Source: Macrostomum lignano
Taxonomy: Eukaryota
DNA length: 64,000 nt
Direction of reading: 5' to 3'
Assembly: GCA_002269645.1 (NCBI GenBank)
Contig: NIVC01001827.1
Location: 186,001-250,000 of the forward strand
Program-made: the position numbers and the translations under genes
The notes under the pieces: model-generated
The model's database searches: none
What the model was told of the DNA's origin: nothing
Seen by the model: the letters and a program-made list of their open reading frames with translations, nothing else
In this document: positions 16,720 through 28,893 of the stretch, one piece after another
Numbering within the stretch: position 1 is the first letter of the stretch
Layout: each line of letters starts with the position of its first letter

Positions 16720-18347
16720 TGAGGTATATCCCAAAAGTAAGTTTCCCTCCTCATATGTACCATGGCATCCAAGAAGCTTAGCTAAGTGCCATGTATGTTG
16801 TTGCTTTCTTTTTTGTCTATGGCCCAACCTTAAAGTTCCTAAGTCCTAGCTTGTTCTTGAGCTGCATGGCTGCAACCAAAGCATACAACCTTTTGCAACC
16901 ATGGTCACATCTAGCTTATTCTCTTACTATAATGTTTGAAACATCATAAGTTTTCTATACTGTCTGGAAAATTGACACCAAATTCACCAAGAACTTGTGA
17001 AAGTCCTAGGAGAAGCCGCACTATCCATTCAAATAGTCAAGAAGTGGGTGCAAGAAATTTGAGGATGCGACTGCATGGAGGACAAAGAGCATTCTGGATG
17101 ACCAAGGACTCTAACAACTGATGCCAATGCTGATTGCATGATGGCTGCTATAAGTGAAGACAATAGAAGGACTTGCAGTGAGCTGGAGGAACTCCTTGGC
17201 ATTCCTCACAGCACTATCCACTGCATTCTAACCATACATGCGCAACCTCCGAAATTCGGTCGGCCATGCGACTTAGTTTTAACAAAAATGCGACGTAGTT
17301 TTTGGCCAAAAATGCGACTTACATGTAAAAAAAGCCTAAAGCAAAATTAACGCAACTTTAGGTAAACGGCAGGAGTAACTATGACTGTGTTATTAATCCA
17401 AAATGCCTCGTCAGCTACTTAGTACTACTATTTGGTTATTTTTTTGGGTGGGCATTTTTGCGACTTACTTGGTTGGCCGCCAAATCGGTCGGCCGGATCG
17501 GCCGACTGTTGCGCATGTATGATTCTAACCAAGAATTTATGCCTTCAGAAGCTTTTTGCCAAATTGGTGCCATACTTACTAACTGATGAGCAGATGGAAG
17601 AGCAGGTGGTAGTATCCTGGGACTGCCTCCATTGGGTTTGTTGTGAAGGCAAGGGATTTCTCAGTAGAATAGTGACTGGAGATGAGACATGGGTCTACAA
17701 ATGGGACCTAGAGCTGAAGCAGCAGTTAATGCAATGGCTTCCAATAGGATTGGCAAGTCCTAAGAAGGCAAGCAAGGCTCATTAAAGGTGATACACATCA
17801 TTTTTACATTGATAGGATCATTCTGGACTGGCCTATGCCTATGGATACCAAAGTGAATGGTGAGTACTATTGATGGGTGCTTCAAGAGAAACTGCAATCA
17901 GCAATAAGGAAAAAGCAGCCAGGCCTTCTAGAAAGAGGTGCCATCTTCTATCACAACAATGCCCCAGTGCATTGGGCCAGATGGGTTGAAGAGCTGCTTG
18001 ACTCCTGGAATTGGGCAGTTCTCTGCCACTGGCGCTACTTGCCTAATTTGGCTCCAGTGGACTTCTATCTGTTCCCACAGATGAAAAAGAGCCTTTGTGG
18101 CTAGCATTTTGGATCTGAGAAACAGTTGAACAACAGCGCTTCATCAGCTCATTAACATCTGGCAATTGCCGGCTACAGGCTTACCTTTGAAGCGTGGGTG
18201 CGTCACTGGGAAAAGTGCATTAAGCTTGGCGACCAATTTGAAGAGTGACAAATATTTGAAATTGTGGTTGGACAAAGTTTATATTTTTTAAAACTAATTA
18301 CTCACTGTTGGCATTTGACCGAAACTCACTTTTTGGGATATACCTTG
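16720..18347 (+). mobile_element. Full-length degenerate mariner (DD34D) transposon with pseudogenised transposase
   Basis: ~27-bp imperfect TIRs (tgaggtatatcccaaaagtaagtttc / caaggtatatcccaaaaagtgagtttc) flanked by TA. Motifs FAKLVPYLLT (WVP-like), IVTGDETWV, HNNAPVH (second Asp lost) and YLPNLAPVD (YSPDLAPxD-like), 34 residues apart. Multiple stops and frameshifts; ~1.33 kb after removing the insert. Confidence 0.9.
17233..17522. mobile_element. 290-bp MITE inserted in the mariner transposase; 14-bp TIR CATACATGCGCAAC, 8-bp TSD ATTCTAAC
   Basis: Perfect TIR pair; ATTCTAAC at 17225-17232 and 17523-17530; mariner-like sequence resumes on both sides. Confidence 0.88.
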
Positions 18348-19789
18348 TATTATAAAATGAAAATGAGAATTGGATAGATTATATAAAGGAGTAGCAAAGG
18401 GTAAAGAAATGGAAATCTTAAAAATAAAAAAACCAAAATAATGAAAAAAATTAATATGACAATTTTATATTAAAATATATCCTCATTTAAACCCCCTTAC
18501 TTTTGTCTATTATCTATTTAGAATATTGTATGATAAAAGTAAATATAAAAATCATTATTGAATACACTAAAATAAGATAAATATGTACAGTTGGTATGCA
18601 TCCTAGACCTGGGTTTTTTTCATCCATAACTTGGGTACAATTTTCAAGACCAGGATACGCTGCACTGCTATAGACAAAAACTAGTCTAACATTAATAGTG
18701 TGTTTTAAATTACTAGCTAATTCTAAGAATACAAAGTTATAGACTGAAGATGTCCACCACACTCTAGATCATGTAGTATACGCCCAAAATTTGGGCATGA
18801 TTTGGCTTTGCATGCCAAAATTAGGCATGCATAGTTGGCGTGCATCATTCTTGAGAAAAAAAATACATGCACACCTGGCATGTATTTTACAGAATCACAC
18901 GTGAGAGTTATTGTAAAGTAGAAAAAATATAACTGTAAATAGTATTGCCAAAAAAGCATAAAAAGCAACCAAATTATCTCATAAAAGGGTCTATTACACA
19001 ATTTAAAGGTATTTTGTTGTCCCAATGAAAAAAAGGTTATTTATTGTCACAACACCAGCATATTTTTGAGAATGGGCATGTACTACATTTTTTGGCATGT
19101 ATTTGTAATTATTCAATTTTTGTTGGGGCATGCACCCAGCATGATCCAGACTATGGGACATCCATAACACTAAATTGTGAAATAGGCATCACATGGCGAA
19201 ATCCAAAAACGTGGGATAAAACGGTAAAACAAATCTGCGGACATTCGATGGAAAGTAATGTATCTAAAAAAGGTTTTTGAAAGATAGATAGGTCTTTAGA
19301 AAATAGTTCTGGATAAAAACTATTGTTTTCATGCTTTATATTGTTGAATAAATAAGAAAAAACCACAAAAAAGCATTTTGAAAGTCCGAGTTGACCGATT
19401 TGCAATTTTTTGTTTCACTTTTTTTCATTATTAAACAATTAATTTTAAGACTTGTAGGCCTTAGAGAAGGCTAATTTTTTTACTACTTACAAAACAGAAA
19501 GTAATCTGTGTTTTACTTTTTATTCAATTCAAAAAGATGAAGTATTTCTAAGGATTTCAAAGTTTTTCTAAAACCATATAAACTCGCAAAAATTCATACT
19601 AATATAAAGTGCAAAGTTTGCCAGCAAACATCTTTTTCTAAAAGTAAATATATCGCTAATTCCTTGTTGCAAAATAATCTTTAAGTTGTTTTCTTTCATT
19701 TAAATATCAACTTGCATAGTATTAGTATTTGTAATATGCCTATATTTAGACTTAAAAATTTTGGGTAAAAAATGGTACCACAAAATGTG

Positions 19790-20670
19790 AACCCGGCATC
19801 CAAATCAGATGCTTACTGTATGCTCATTAAGCGACGAAGAACAATGAAATTACACTAAAACATGTATCATCGCGGCGTGTATGCAGGAAAAAAAGAATTT
19901 TCCAAATCGCTTCAGTAGAAGCTGAGTAAAATGCAATTTTCCAATCCTTATGGGAATTCCAATGTGTTACCCGGCTTCCAAATCAGATGCTTACTGTATG
20001 CTTATTAAGCGACGAAGAACAATGAAATTACACTAAAACATGTATCATCGCGGCGTGTATGCAGGAAAAAAAGAATTTTCCAAATCGCTTCAGTAGAAGC
20101 TGAGTAAAATGCAATTTTCCAATCCTTATGGGAATTCCAATGTGTTACCCGGCTTCCAAATCAGATGCTTACTGTATGCTTATTAAGCGACGAAGAACAA
20201 TGAAATTACACTAAAACATGTATCATCGCGGCGTGTATGCAGGAAAAAAAGAATTTTCCAAATCGCTTCAGTAGAAGCTGAGTAAAATGCAATTTTCCAA
20301 TCCTTATGGGAATTCCAATGTGTTACCCGGCTTCCAAATCAGATGCTTACTGTATGCTTATTAAGCGACGAAGAACAATGAAATTACACTAAAACATGTA
20401 TCATCGCGGCGTGTATGCAGGAAAAAAAGAATTTTCCAAATCGCTTCAGTAGAAGCTGAGTAAAATGCAATTTTCCAATCCTTATGGGAATTCCAATGTG
20501 TTACCCGGCTTCCAAATCAGATGCTTACTGTATGCTTATTAAGCAACGAAGAACAATGAAATTACACTAAAACATGTATCATCGCGGCGTGTATGCAGGA
20601 AAAAAAGAATTTTCCAAATCGCTTTAGTAGAAGCTGAGTAAAATGCAATTTTCCGATCCTTACGGGAATT
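19790..20670. repeat. Tandem array of a 178-bp unit, ~4.9 copies
   Basis: cccggc anchor at 19792, 19970, 20148, 20326 and 20504; copies almost identical. Confidence 0.96.
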
Positions 20671-23600
20671 TGTATGTTTAAATAATAAACTTACGTTGAA
20701 TACAATTTATTGCAAACGAACTCTATAAAATACACGTTGTCAAGAGTAACGAAAGTGATAAACAAATAAAACCTTAAAATAATGTTAAATATGTTGTAGA
20801 ATTATAGAGTGTAACATTATAAGATAGTTAAAGTTAATAAAATACATTATTATAGCTTTTCAATCATTTTCATTAGACTCATTTTAGGTCGTAATTAAAC
20901 TTACCGTTTTAACAAATCATTTTATTAAAAATAAAGCTATACGAAAATAATTTGTGCTTTAATAGACTTTTTTACTTTTTAAAAACTTGAATAAATTTAT
21001 TTTATAGCTTTATTGCTTTCAAATTGCCAAAAAACGAATTTTTATAAAACTTGCCCCCGATTTTTGGATTTCCCCACATCCTTGCAAAAAATTCTGGTGC
21101 ACTTTTAGCACCCTGAGTCAAATTTCAAAGTGCGATTTTTAAGACCAGGATGCTTTTTGCACCCATTTGCACAAAAAACCCAGTGTGCATCACTCTTTAA
21201 AAAAATTATATATGCACACCTGGCATGTACTTAATAAAATCACAAAAAGCTTACTATAGCCCTAGCAATAATAATAATTAAAAAATGACAATTTTTAAAT
21301 ATACTCTATAGGCCGATTATATTATTTAAGTATAAACATAACATAGCAATGGATCGAGAAAATTTCTCAATCCAAATTTCAGAACCAAAACAGTTCTGGA
21401 ACCGATTCTAAAACGGAGCAGGCAATATAAAAAGCTCCAAACCGATTCGGATTCTGGTTCTGGAATTGGTAATATGAAAAGCCTAAATGAAGAAATAGAC
21501 TAAAGCCTACTATCATAGGCTATAAATCTAGTCTTTAAAACTTTGAGATTGATGGTCAAGCAACATTATCTACACGACTTCGTTGACTTGTTACCAAAAG
21601 CTTGACGCATTTTTTTGTTAATGAAGTTAATATATTTCATATATTTATTTTTCGTCAAAATAATAATAACAGAATGTGCAAATCATAAACTTGTATGCAT
21701 AGAAATAGTCTATAATGAACTTTTCTCATCTAAAAAAACTTTTTACAAACATTTTATATCTTTACGCAAGCTATATCTTTTAACTGACGCTTTTTTACTT
21801 TTATTTTGTTTTAACTTCGTAACATTCCGGCCTTAAAGTTGCAGTCTTAAGATTTTTATGAACTTTATTTTAAGCTACGTTAATTAAGCTTCGATTTTGT
21901 GTAGCTTCTTGTTTTTTACTTACTTTGCCATACTGTATGTACCCTGCCCTCTTGCACTCGACTATAGTTATAATAAATGGGTCCTTTTTTCATAATGTAA
22001 ATGAATTGTTTTGTCTCAACATGCATAAAGTTAAATTCAGAAATAGATTTTTATTAATAGGAATTGGAATGAAATGCTTAATTGTTTAACACCTAGGCCT
22101 AGAGAAGCCATGCAAATGGATGAACAAGCATGTTTTTTAGCCTTTATGTAACGGCTTGTGGATTTATAAGATAAGCAGATCCCAGCGGACGTCAGGAAAC
22201 AGACGAACAGCTTACAGAAAGACGTGAGGTAGAAATTCCGTCGCTTGTCAGTCAGCGTCGCTGATGTCGCCTGGCATGCAGAGCAAGATCGCGTTTTGTG
22301 TTTTGAGTGTTGATCACCAGGCCGAGAAGGCGAAAAGTCCGATAGGCTGTCCGTTGTTCTATTCCTACTGTAAGCCATATAGACAGTCCCCACGAGAGCT
22401 ATACTGTTACTTGTAAATCTAAGTCACAAAAGAAAAGTCATGTAAAAACAGAGGTTCTACAGACGAGTATGTATCAATAAATTTGAAACGGTAGGGCGTT
22501 GGAAACAAAACTTTATAATTATCAAATTTGCTTTACTTCAATCAAATTATGCACCAGTTTATTTACTCATTTTTTCTCAGAAAAAAAGTTGAAAAGAACG
22601 TTGTTGCGTAGAGAAGAAGACGTTTTGTTTAACATTACTAGCGGCCTTTTTGGCGAAGTAGATTCAATCCACTATACTAAAAATATTATTTACTAAATTT
22701 CACTGCAACAGCGCAGAGATGACCAAAGCCGATTGACTGCCCCCAGGATTGTACTAAATGTATGAATATTATATTAATCATAGCTCTCTATATCACACTG
22801 TACAATATAAGCTTCTATAAGATCTTGACAGGCTTTTAGAGATTTCCATTTTCTAAGTAACCTAATAATAAGAGTTACTAATTAAGAACTGACTATTCTA
22901 ATAAAAGTTACGCGCTAAATGAAGACTGTTTAGCTTAAAACATTTATTCATTATCTTAATCTGATGCGCCAAGAAAACAAATGCTGCGACAACCGAAACA
23001 AAAGAGACAAATTAATAGTAATAAAAAACACCGCCGCCACCAACTCGAGTCTTTGGGTAGGAGAAAGTTGAATGATGGACAGAGAGAGAAACGGGTGCGA
23101 ACTAAAATAACGACAGGAGTTATCCCCAGCTCAGATTCCATCTAACTGGCATAGTTGTCCAGGCTGATTTCTTTCTGCAGAAATAGCTCAAATCTACGAG
23201 CGTAGATACAATATGCAAAATATAGCCTTTAAACTAACAAACGCAAGGAGACTAATTAATGTCTTAACAGTCATGCTCTAGCCGTAGGTGATGACAATGC
23301 AATGAGATATAGGCCAATATAGGTAAGGTGGCGCGCATACGAAAAAAATTAGTAAGAAAATTTTAAACAGAAAAAGGAAAACAAAGACGCACTAGTAAAA
23401 AAGGAGGGATGATTCTAACGATATCTGTTATAGCCTTCCCGTGCACAAGCTCTATCACTAGGGGCGCGGCAGTGTTTGTTTTGATATAATTTCTATTGCG
23501 CTCCACCTGCTAGCTCAACTCGGCGGCAAACAAAAGGAAACCATTGACGCCAATATATTGAGAAAATGATGAAGATTAGTACAATACTCGTATTATTATT

Positions 23601-24059
23601 ATTAGTAGTAGTAGTACAGTTGATAAAATCGCCAGAAAGAAACCAAGGATCCGCGGAGTTTAGCTCATTGTTTAAAGAGCTAATAAACGTCACAAAAGCT
23701 CCGCTCAAAAAGATGACGCAACCAATATCCATGGCCCTTCCTACAAAGCGTTTTCGCTGCGTGCATAGCGTCGCACAGAGAGGAAAAGCAGCAAGAGCAA
23801 CAGCATGCCAATTTTTTATTATAATCAACTAGATAAGTTGTTGAAAAAGAAATCAAATTGAGGGGGTTCCTAACGCTTGGTTGAATTCGGATCGGGCAAA
23901 ACGCTGGATGTTATACATGTAATTAAACGGCCCCCACCTCTCAGCAATCGAGCAAATTGTTATCGGGCGCGAGAAGGGGATTAACAACGGAACACAACGA
24001 GCCTCGATAGTACTGATAGCCTGGTCCCAAGCCAGATCCCATCCGATTTCTAAGCCGGC

Positions 24060-25058
24060 TTACTCGGCGGCCACAGGGTCCGACTGGTTCTCGGCTGGAC
24101 CGCCGGCGTCACCGTTGCCGCCTTCGCCTCGAGGACGGCGAGGGCGATTGCGCCTGCGGCCGCCGCCGCGAGAACCGCCACGGCCGCCGCCGCCGCCACC
24201 GCCGAAAGCCTCCAGAGCGGCGTAGAATCCGCGCGGCCCGTCATAATAATAATATCCATCCGGAGCGTAGAATCCGCCGTTCTCGTCAATGTAGCCGGGC
24301 TGCGGATAGTCGCCTGGATAGCCGCCGCCACCGCCGCCTCGACCACCGCGGCGGCCACCTCCCTTGCCGCCGCCAACCTGGTTGCGCAGCTGTTCGAACT
24401 CGTTGAAGCGCATATCGGCCTGGCGGCGCTGGTTAAATAGCTTTGGATCGTCGCCGCCTTCGCCTTCAACGTCACCCTCGCCGCCGGAGTGCTGCTGCTG
24501 GCGGCGGCGCCGATTTGATGGCTTCTTTTTACGCTGCCGGCGCTGGCCGGGAGCGGCGTCGCCTTCGGCCTCGCCTTCACCCTCGCCGCCAGGGGCTTCG
24601 TCGTTCTCTCCGCCGCCTCCGCGCCTGTTGCGAGGCTTCCGCTGACGCCGACGACGCTGGTCGCCCTGGCCAGTTTCGCCTTCGCCTTCACCTTCGCCGC
24701 CGGTCTCGCCATCGCCAGCCGAGGGTCGATTTCGGTTGCGACGGTTGCGGAACCTGCCGCCGCCACCGCCGGGCTTGATGCAACGGCTAACCGGTTTGTC
24801 GTTGCGCAGAAAAAATTCGTACAAGCCGCAGGCCGGACAGACTGGCCGACGTTCGGCCGTCTGCGCCTGCTCGTCGCCGCCTTCAGGCCGGTTCTCCTGC
24901 TGCGCGCGGGCGCTGTTCTCAATTAGACTCACAATGCAACCCCGGTGGTAGAAATGGCCACAGTGGGAACGCCAGCTCTCGGAATCGCCAGCAACCAGGT
25001 CGGCCTTGCAATTCGGGCACTCGTGGACGCGTTGGTCAAGTAGAAAGCGGCGCACAAT
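24060..25058 (-). CDS. RNF25: RNF25-like E3 ligase exon 3: RING-H2 plus Gly/Arg/Glu-rich tail
   Basis: CPNC...CGHFYHRGC...CPAC gives a C3H2C3 RING-H2 with a long insert before the last Cys pair, as in RNF25. Acceptor ccgcag|ATT at 25059/25058; TAA at 24060. Confidence 0.8.
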   Translation of the reverse strand: MVRRFLLDQRVHECPNCKADLVAGDSESWRSHCGHFYHRGCIVSLIENSARAQQENRPEGGDEQAQTAERRPVCPACGLYEFFLRNDKPVSRCIKPGGGGGRFRNRRNRNRPSAGDGETGGEGEGEGETGQGDQRRRRQRKPRNRRGGGGENDEAPGGEGEGEAEGDAAPGQRRQRKKKPSNRRRRQQQHSGGEGDVEGEGGDDPKLFNQRRQADMRFNEFEQLRNQVGGGKGGGRRGGRGGGGGGYPGDYPQPGYIDENGGFYAPDGYYYYDGPRGFYAALEAFGGGGGGGRGGSRGGGRRRNRPRRPRGEGGNGDAGGPAENQSDPVAAE

Positions 25059-25110
25059 CTGCGGCGAGGGGAGGTCAGAGCCGAGTGTTCGATTATGGCC
25101 ATGTAAGGAT

Positions 25111-25653
25111 CAAGGACTACTCAAGTTGGATGGGAAACCTCGTTTCTTGGAAAATTTTAGGAGGCAAGCTTTTTACACTACGGAGATAGGAGTTTTCATT
25201 TTTTCAGCACAAAAATGGTTACTTTTATAATCTACGTACATCCACTGTACCTTACATACATGCGCAACCTTGGGAATCACTCGGCCGTTTCTATTAGCAA
25301 CACACACATGTAAGTCGCTTTTGGCTGAGAGCAGTCACTTGACTACTATTCCGTCCAATAGCGACTTACATGTGTGTTGCCAATAGAAACGGCCGGGTGA
25401 ATCCCTAGGTTGCGCCCAAGCATGGTACCTATTAACAACCATAAAAATTTCATGAATATCAATAGAGCTACAAAAAAGGCAAAACATGTCAAAATATGAG
25501 CATTGGGTCTGCCTCCTATCGAAATAAAGAACAATTTTTGAGCTGAAAAAATGAAAACTTCCTATCTCCGTAGTGTATTTTTTTCGGAAGATCCTGCCCC
25601 CTAAAATTTTCCAAGAAACGAGGTTTCCAGTCCTTCTACTTGAGTAGTCCTTG
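25111..25653. mobile_element. MITE of the same family as 9693-10389, in RNF25 intron 2; 8-bp TSD GTAAGGAT
   Basis: TIRs caaggactactcaag...gggaaacctcgtttctt; GTAAGGAT at 25103-25110 and 25654-25661. Confidence 0.88.
25255..25424. mobile_element. Nested 170-bp palindromic MITE (CATACATGCGCAAC end) inside 25111-25653
   Basis: Left end identical to the TIR of 17233-17522; internal palindrome; flanked by gtacctta (25247-25254) and gtacctat (25425-25432). Confidence 0.7.
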
Positions 25654-25948
25654 GTAAGGATAGGTAGCCTGTTTAGTCCAAATTTCACAATTTTTGCCAG
25701 TTGACGCTAACGAGTCGCAATACTGACTGACTATAGCTTTCTAAGCAATAGCAGACTGCAAAATTATAGTTCACAAGTACTTCAAAAGTGGAGCTAAGAA
25801 CAGTTTGATACGGCATGCTAAAGTATGATAAGAAGGGTGAGTTAATCGCCATAGATAAGCAAGTCTCAAAGGCTGTGATAGCCACCACAACCATCTGCCG
25901 ACGTAGCCGTTTTAAGGGTCTGATTGTCAATAAGAACAAGAAACTCAC

Positions 25949-26201
25949 CCTGACTAGCAAAAGTACATTCTCTTCGCCTTTCTTCTCTTCTGCAACTTTA
26001 GCTAGTCGTTCGGTCATCTTAGCAATCGCATCGGCCGGCATGCCAGTGTTGGAGACAATCTGCGTAGAGGCGCAGCTCTCCGGGTAGTCGGGTGCGCAGC
26101 TGATGACAGCGGTGGCGGAGAAGCCCGGCTCGCCACCGTCGTCGCCTTCACTTTTCTTGGAAACGCGAATGGTCACAGTGAACTTAATGGCGCCAGAGTC
26201 G
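25949..26201 (-). CDS. RNF25: RNF25-like exon 2: RWD domain
   Basis: IKFTVTI...FSATAVISCAPDYPESCASTQIVSNTGMPADAIAKMTERLAKVAEEKKGEENVLL has the RWD YP motif and C-terminal helices. Acceptor tttgcag| at 26202/26201; donor AGG|gtgag at 25949/25948. Confidence 0.78.
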
Positions 26202-26306
26202 CTGCAAATATAGAATAGAATAAAGGCGGAGTGGTCGGATTGCCGATCATCAGCGGAATACAAACATTCAACCGATAAAGGTTATACGCATGACTAAATG
26301 TTTTAC

Positions 26307-26368
26307 CTCTTCTCGCAAAGGCAATCATCGCCATATTGTTTCTTCAGAATTGCGATCACGCGTTCCAT
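26307..26368 (-). CDS. RNF25: RNF25-like exon 1 (MERVIAILKKQYGDDCLCEK)
   Basis: Resembles the RWD first helix (E..L..IY.D). Donor AG|gtaaaa, phase 2, is compatible with exon 2; a ttttctttccag acceptor lies just upstream of the ATG. Joined CDS is 437 aa. Confidence 0.72.
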
Positions 26369-26561
26369 TGTTGATTAACAACTCTGGAAAGAAAAACAAA
26401 AAAGCATTCAGTTGTAAAAAATGCCCATATTGAATTGTTATTATTCATACTCGTATCTTCCTAATAGAAGTGTATTTCTCATATTAATTAGTATCAAAGT
26501 AATATCATTAAAGTATATTAATCACAGTATTATCATTATTGTGTCTATGTTCACCAATGCA

Positions 26562-26888
26562 CTTACTCAACACATTTGCGTGTAAGCTACTTTCTGTTCA
26601 GTAGTAAGTTAAACTGAAGCATTTCAATGTATTTTTTAAAAGACAAGGCTCATTTAATGGCTCTTACCCCCCCCCAGCTTAAACCCTCCAACCATGCACT
26701 TTCACACTACCCCCCCTGTGCACCCCAATTTTAATTGCCTTTCTCTTGGAATTCTAGCCTAAAGCTGCCATGTACATTTCAGTGGACTGGCTAATGTACA
26801 TTACAGTATTGCTGAACTAATTAGCAAGTTGTCTACACCTGCAAGTTTGGGCTTCTAAACTTATCAAAGTAATTTCAGCTGGCTTTAT
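26562..26888. repeat. Dispersed ~330-bp repeat, copy A; copy B at 55219-55532
   Basis: cacatttgcgtgtaagctactttctgtt...taaagctgccatgtacatttcagtg...gggcttctaaac aligns with 55219-55532 in the same orientation. Confidence 0.85.
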
Positions 26889-28038
26889 TTTTTATTTAAA
26901 AAGCTTAAATCCAACATATATATATTTGTGTGCATGTATGCATCTAGTTAAGAACAATCTCAAATATTTGCTAATTATATAAAAAAGTAAATAGACTTAT
27001 AACCTACATAGCAGCCAATGTAACCACTCTTGGTTTGCAATAATTGTGTTTAAAAATTTCAATGACCTTTGAATATGTTAGACCCATATATATATTCTAA
27101 TTTCAAGACAACCCAAGCTATCCCTATAGTTTTCCACCTAGAAAGGAATAATTATAGGGAGCTAAATACATGCCTATTAGGTAGGCATTAGCAGTCATAT
27201 ATAATAATAGTGATAAGAATTAAACCTATCTAACAATCATATTTATTCAAGCAATTATATATAATTTAAAGGGTAAATTTTATAGCTATCAATGGATTAT
27301 AGTCACTTTGGTAACAGGCAAAAGTCATTTCAATGACAAGAAAATAAACATTTTTGGTGATAGCCAGTGTTGTTGCAGACATGAATAGAAAACTTTCTTG
27401 CCAATTTTAAATAAATAAAACCTAAAATTTCAGAGGTTTGCTAAAATAGTCAAGTATTGTTTCATTTAATTTTATCTTTATTTATTTACTATCATAGGAT
27501 TATAAACTTTTTTGATTAGTCTATTTTTATATACTAGAAATTTTTCCATGTCTTTCTGGATAAGGATCCTCTATGTTTATATGTTTAAATGAACTGCAAA
27601 AAAATAAAACCAATTGATTTGATTTTTCCAAAAGTTAATATTTTTCCCTTAATATATTTATCTCTTAAAAGAAAGTTTTGAAATATATAAAATTTAAATA
27701 TTAACAAAATAACTACAATTGATATTATTTAGTGTTTCCAATCATTAAAATCCCTACTTACTAAATTTTCTATTTTAACTAAAGGCAAAATATCATAGAA
27801 GCAACTTGTAACCAAAACTATTACTTGTCATAGAAATGTCTATTGCTAAAATGACATGCATTCCTATTAATTACCAAATGACTTTGAGTGTTTTAAGTTA
27901 CAATGATCAAAAATATTGTTTTAATAATTTTCAAGCAAAATTGATATAGTATTAAGACTATGATTATTACAAATTAGGGATTGATAATTATAAATATAGC
28001 ATATAAGTGCATTTTATACTAGGCTTTTTATTTATTTT

Positions 28039-28892
28039 TGTAGTGACTGGCTGCTATCTGGTTATTCAGCAGCATTCACTAGCTTTCCCTAAGGGCGCTG
28101 TGATCCGCTGCACAGTAGCTCAGTCCACATGATCTAGTGAGAGAGATACCCTGTGCTGGGCCTAAGTGTTTACTGCTCGATGACTCATCGCCTGAGCAGG
28201 CGTGGGCAGCCACACTCAATATCTTCCCACTTGCGCTGAGAGGCGTAGCAGGATGACTCATCACCTGCGCGGAGTGTAATGGCTGCCCAGAGGGAGTAAA
28301 CAGGATGACTCATCTGCCCAAGTTCTATTTTTAGCACAAAAGCACATGACTGCACGCATGCTATGTGTGGCCACTGACCTTGAGTCACGCCACTGATGCA
28401 TGACAGGATTGCCTTATTTGGAAGTTGGCCTTGAATCACGCGTCGTTCGCATGATTTCAATGCCCAAATAAGGAAGTTTCACGCGCTCACCGCATGAAAC
28501 TCACGTGATTTTTGGGGGTCCGCTTGTCTATAAATATGGAGTATCTGCGAGCCAATTTTCTCCAGACCGTGTTCGTAGACTGCGTTGTCTCGCGGAGCAT
28601 TGTGGCTAACTCGTGAAGCCTCTGCCTCTGAGCTCTCCTCTCTCATTTCAGGTTTTACAGGTTTTTAGGTCCGAGCAGCATTCAACTAAGACGATCGACT
28701 GTCGAGACATTTTCAGATTTGGCCTTTGCTCCGAGTGTCTTTGTTAATTTTATTTCAGGTGATGGATAAACAACTCTGCCGACGCGTCGAGTCTGCACAC
28801 CAAGGTGGCAGCAACCCTACCAAGTCAAGGCTAACGTTTTAGGTTCATTTTCAGGCAAATCGATAGGACCAAAGCAAAGGGCAAACATTACA
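28039..28892 (+). mobile_element. LTR of an LTR retrotransposon (TGTA...TTACA), internal region lost
   Basis: Begins TGTAGTG and ends TTACA; TATAAATA at 28529-28536; followed after 1 nt by a PBS. Confidence 0.75.
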
Positions 28893-28893
28893 C

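Noticed and set aside
22037-22393. Minus-strand ORF with CSAC...C..C, suggesting a piggyBac Cys-rich tail
   Set aside because: Cys/His spacing does not fit, and no TTAA-CCC termini or DDD core were found.
23566-23832. 88-aa ORF with a signal-peptide-like start (MMKISTILVLLLLVVVVQ)
   Set aside because: The hydrophobic run comes from a (tat)(tag) microsatellite; no family motif; it lies near the probable RNF25 3' end. Would need RNA evidence.
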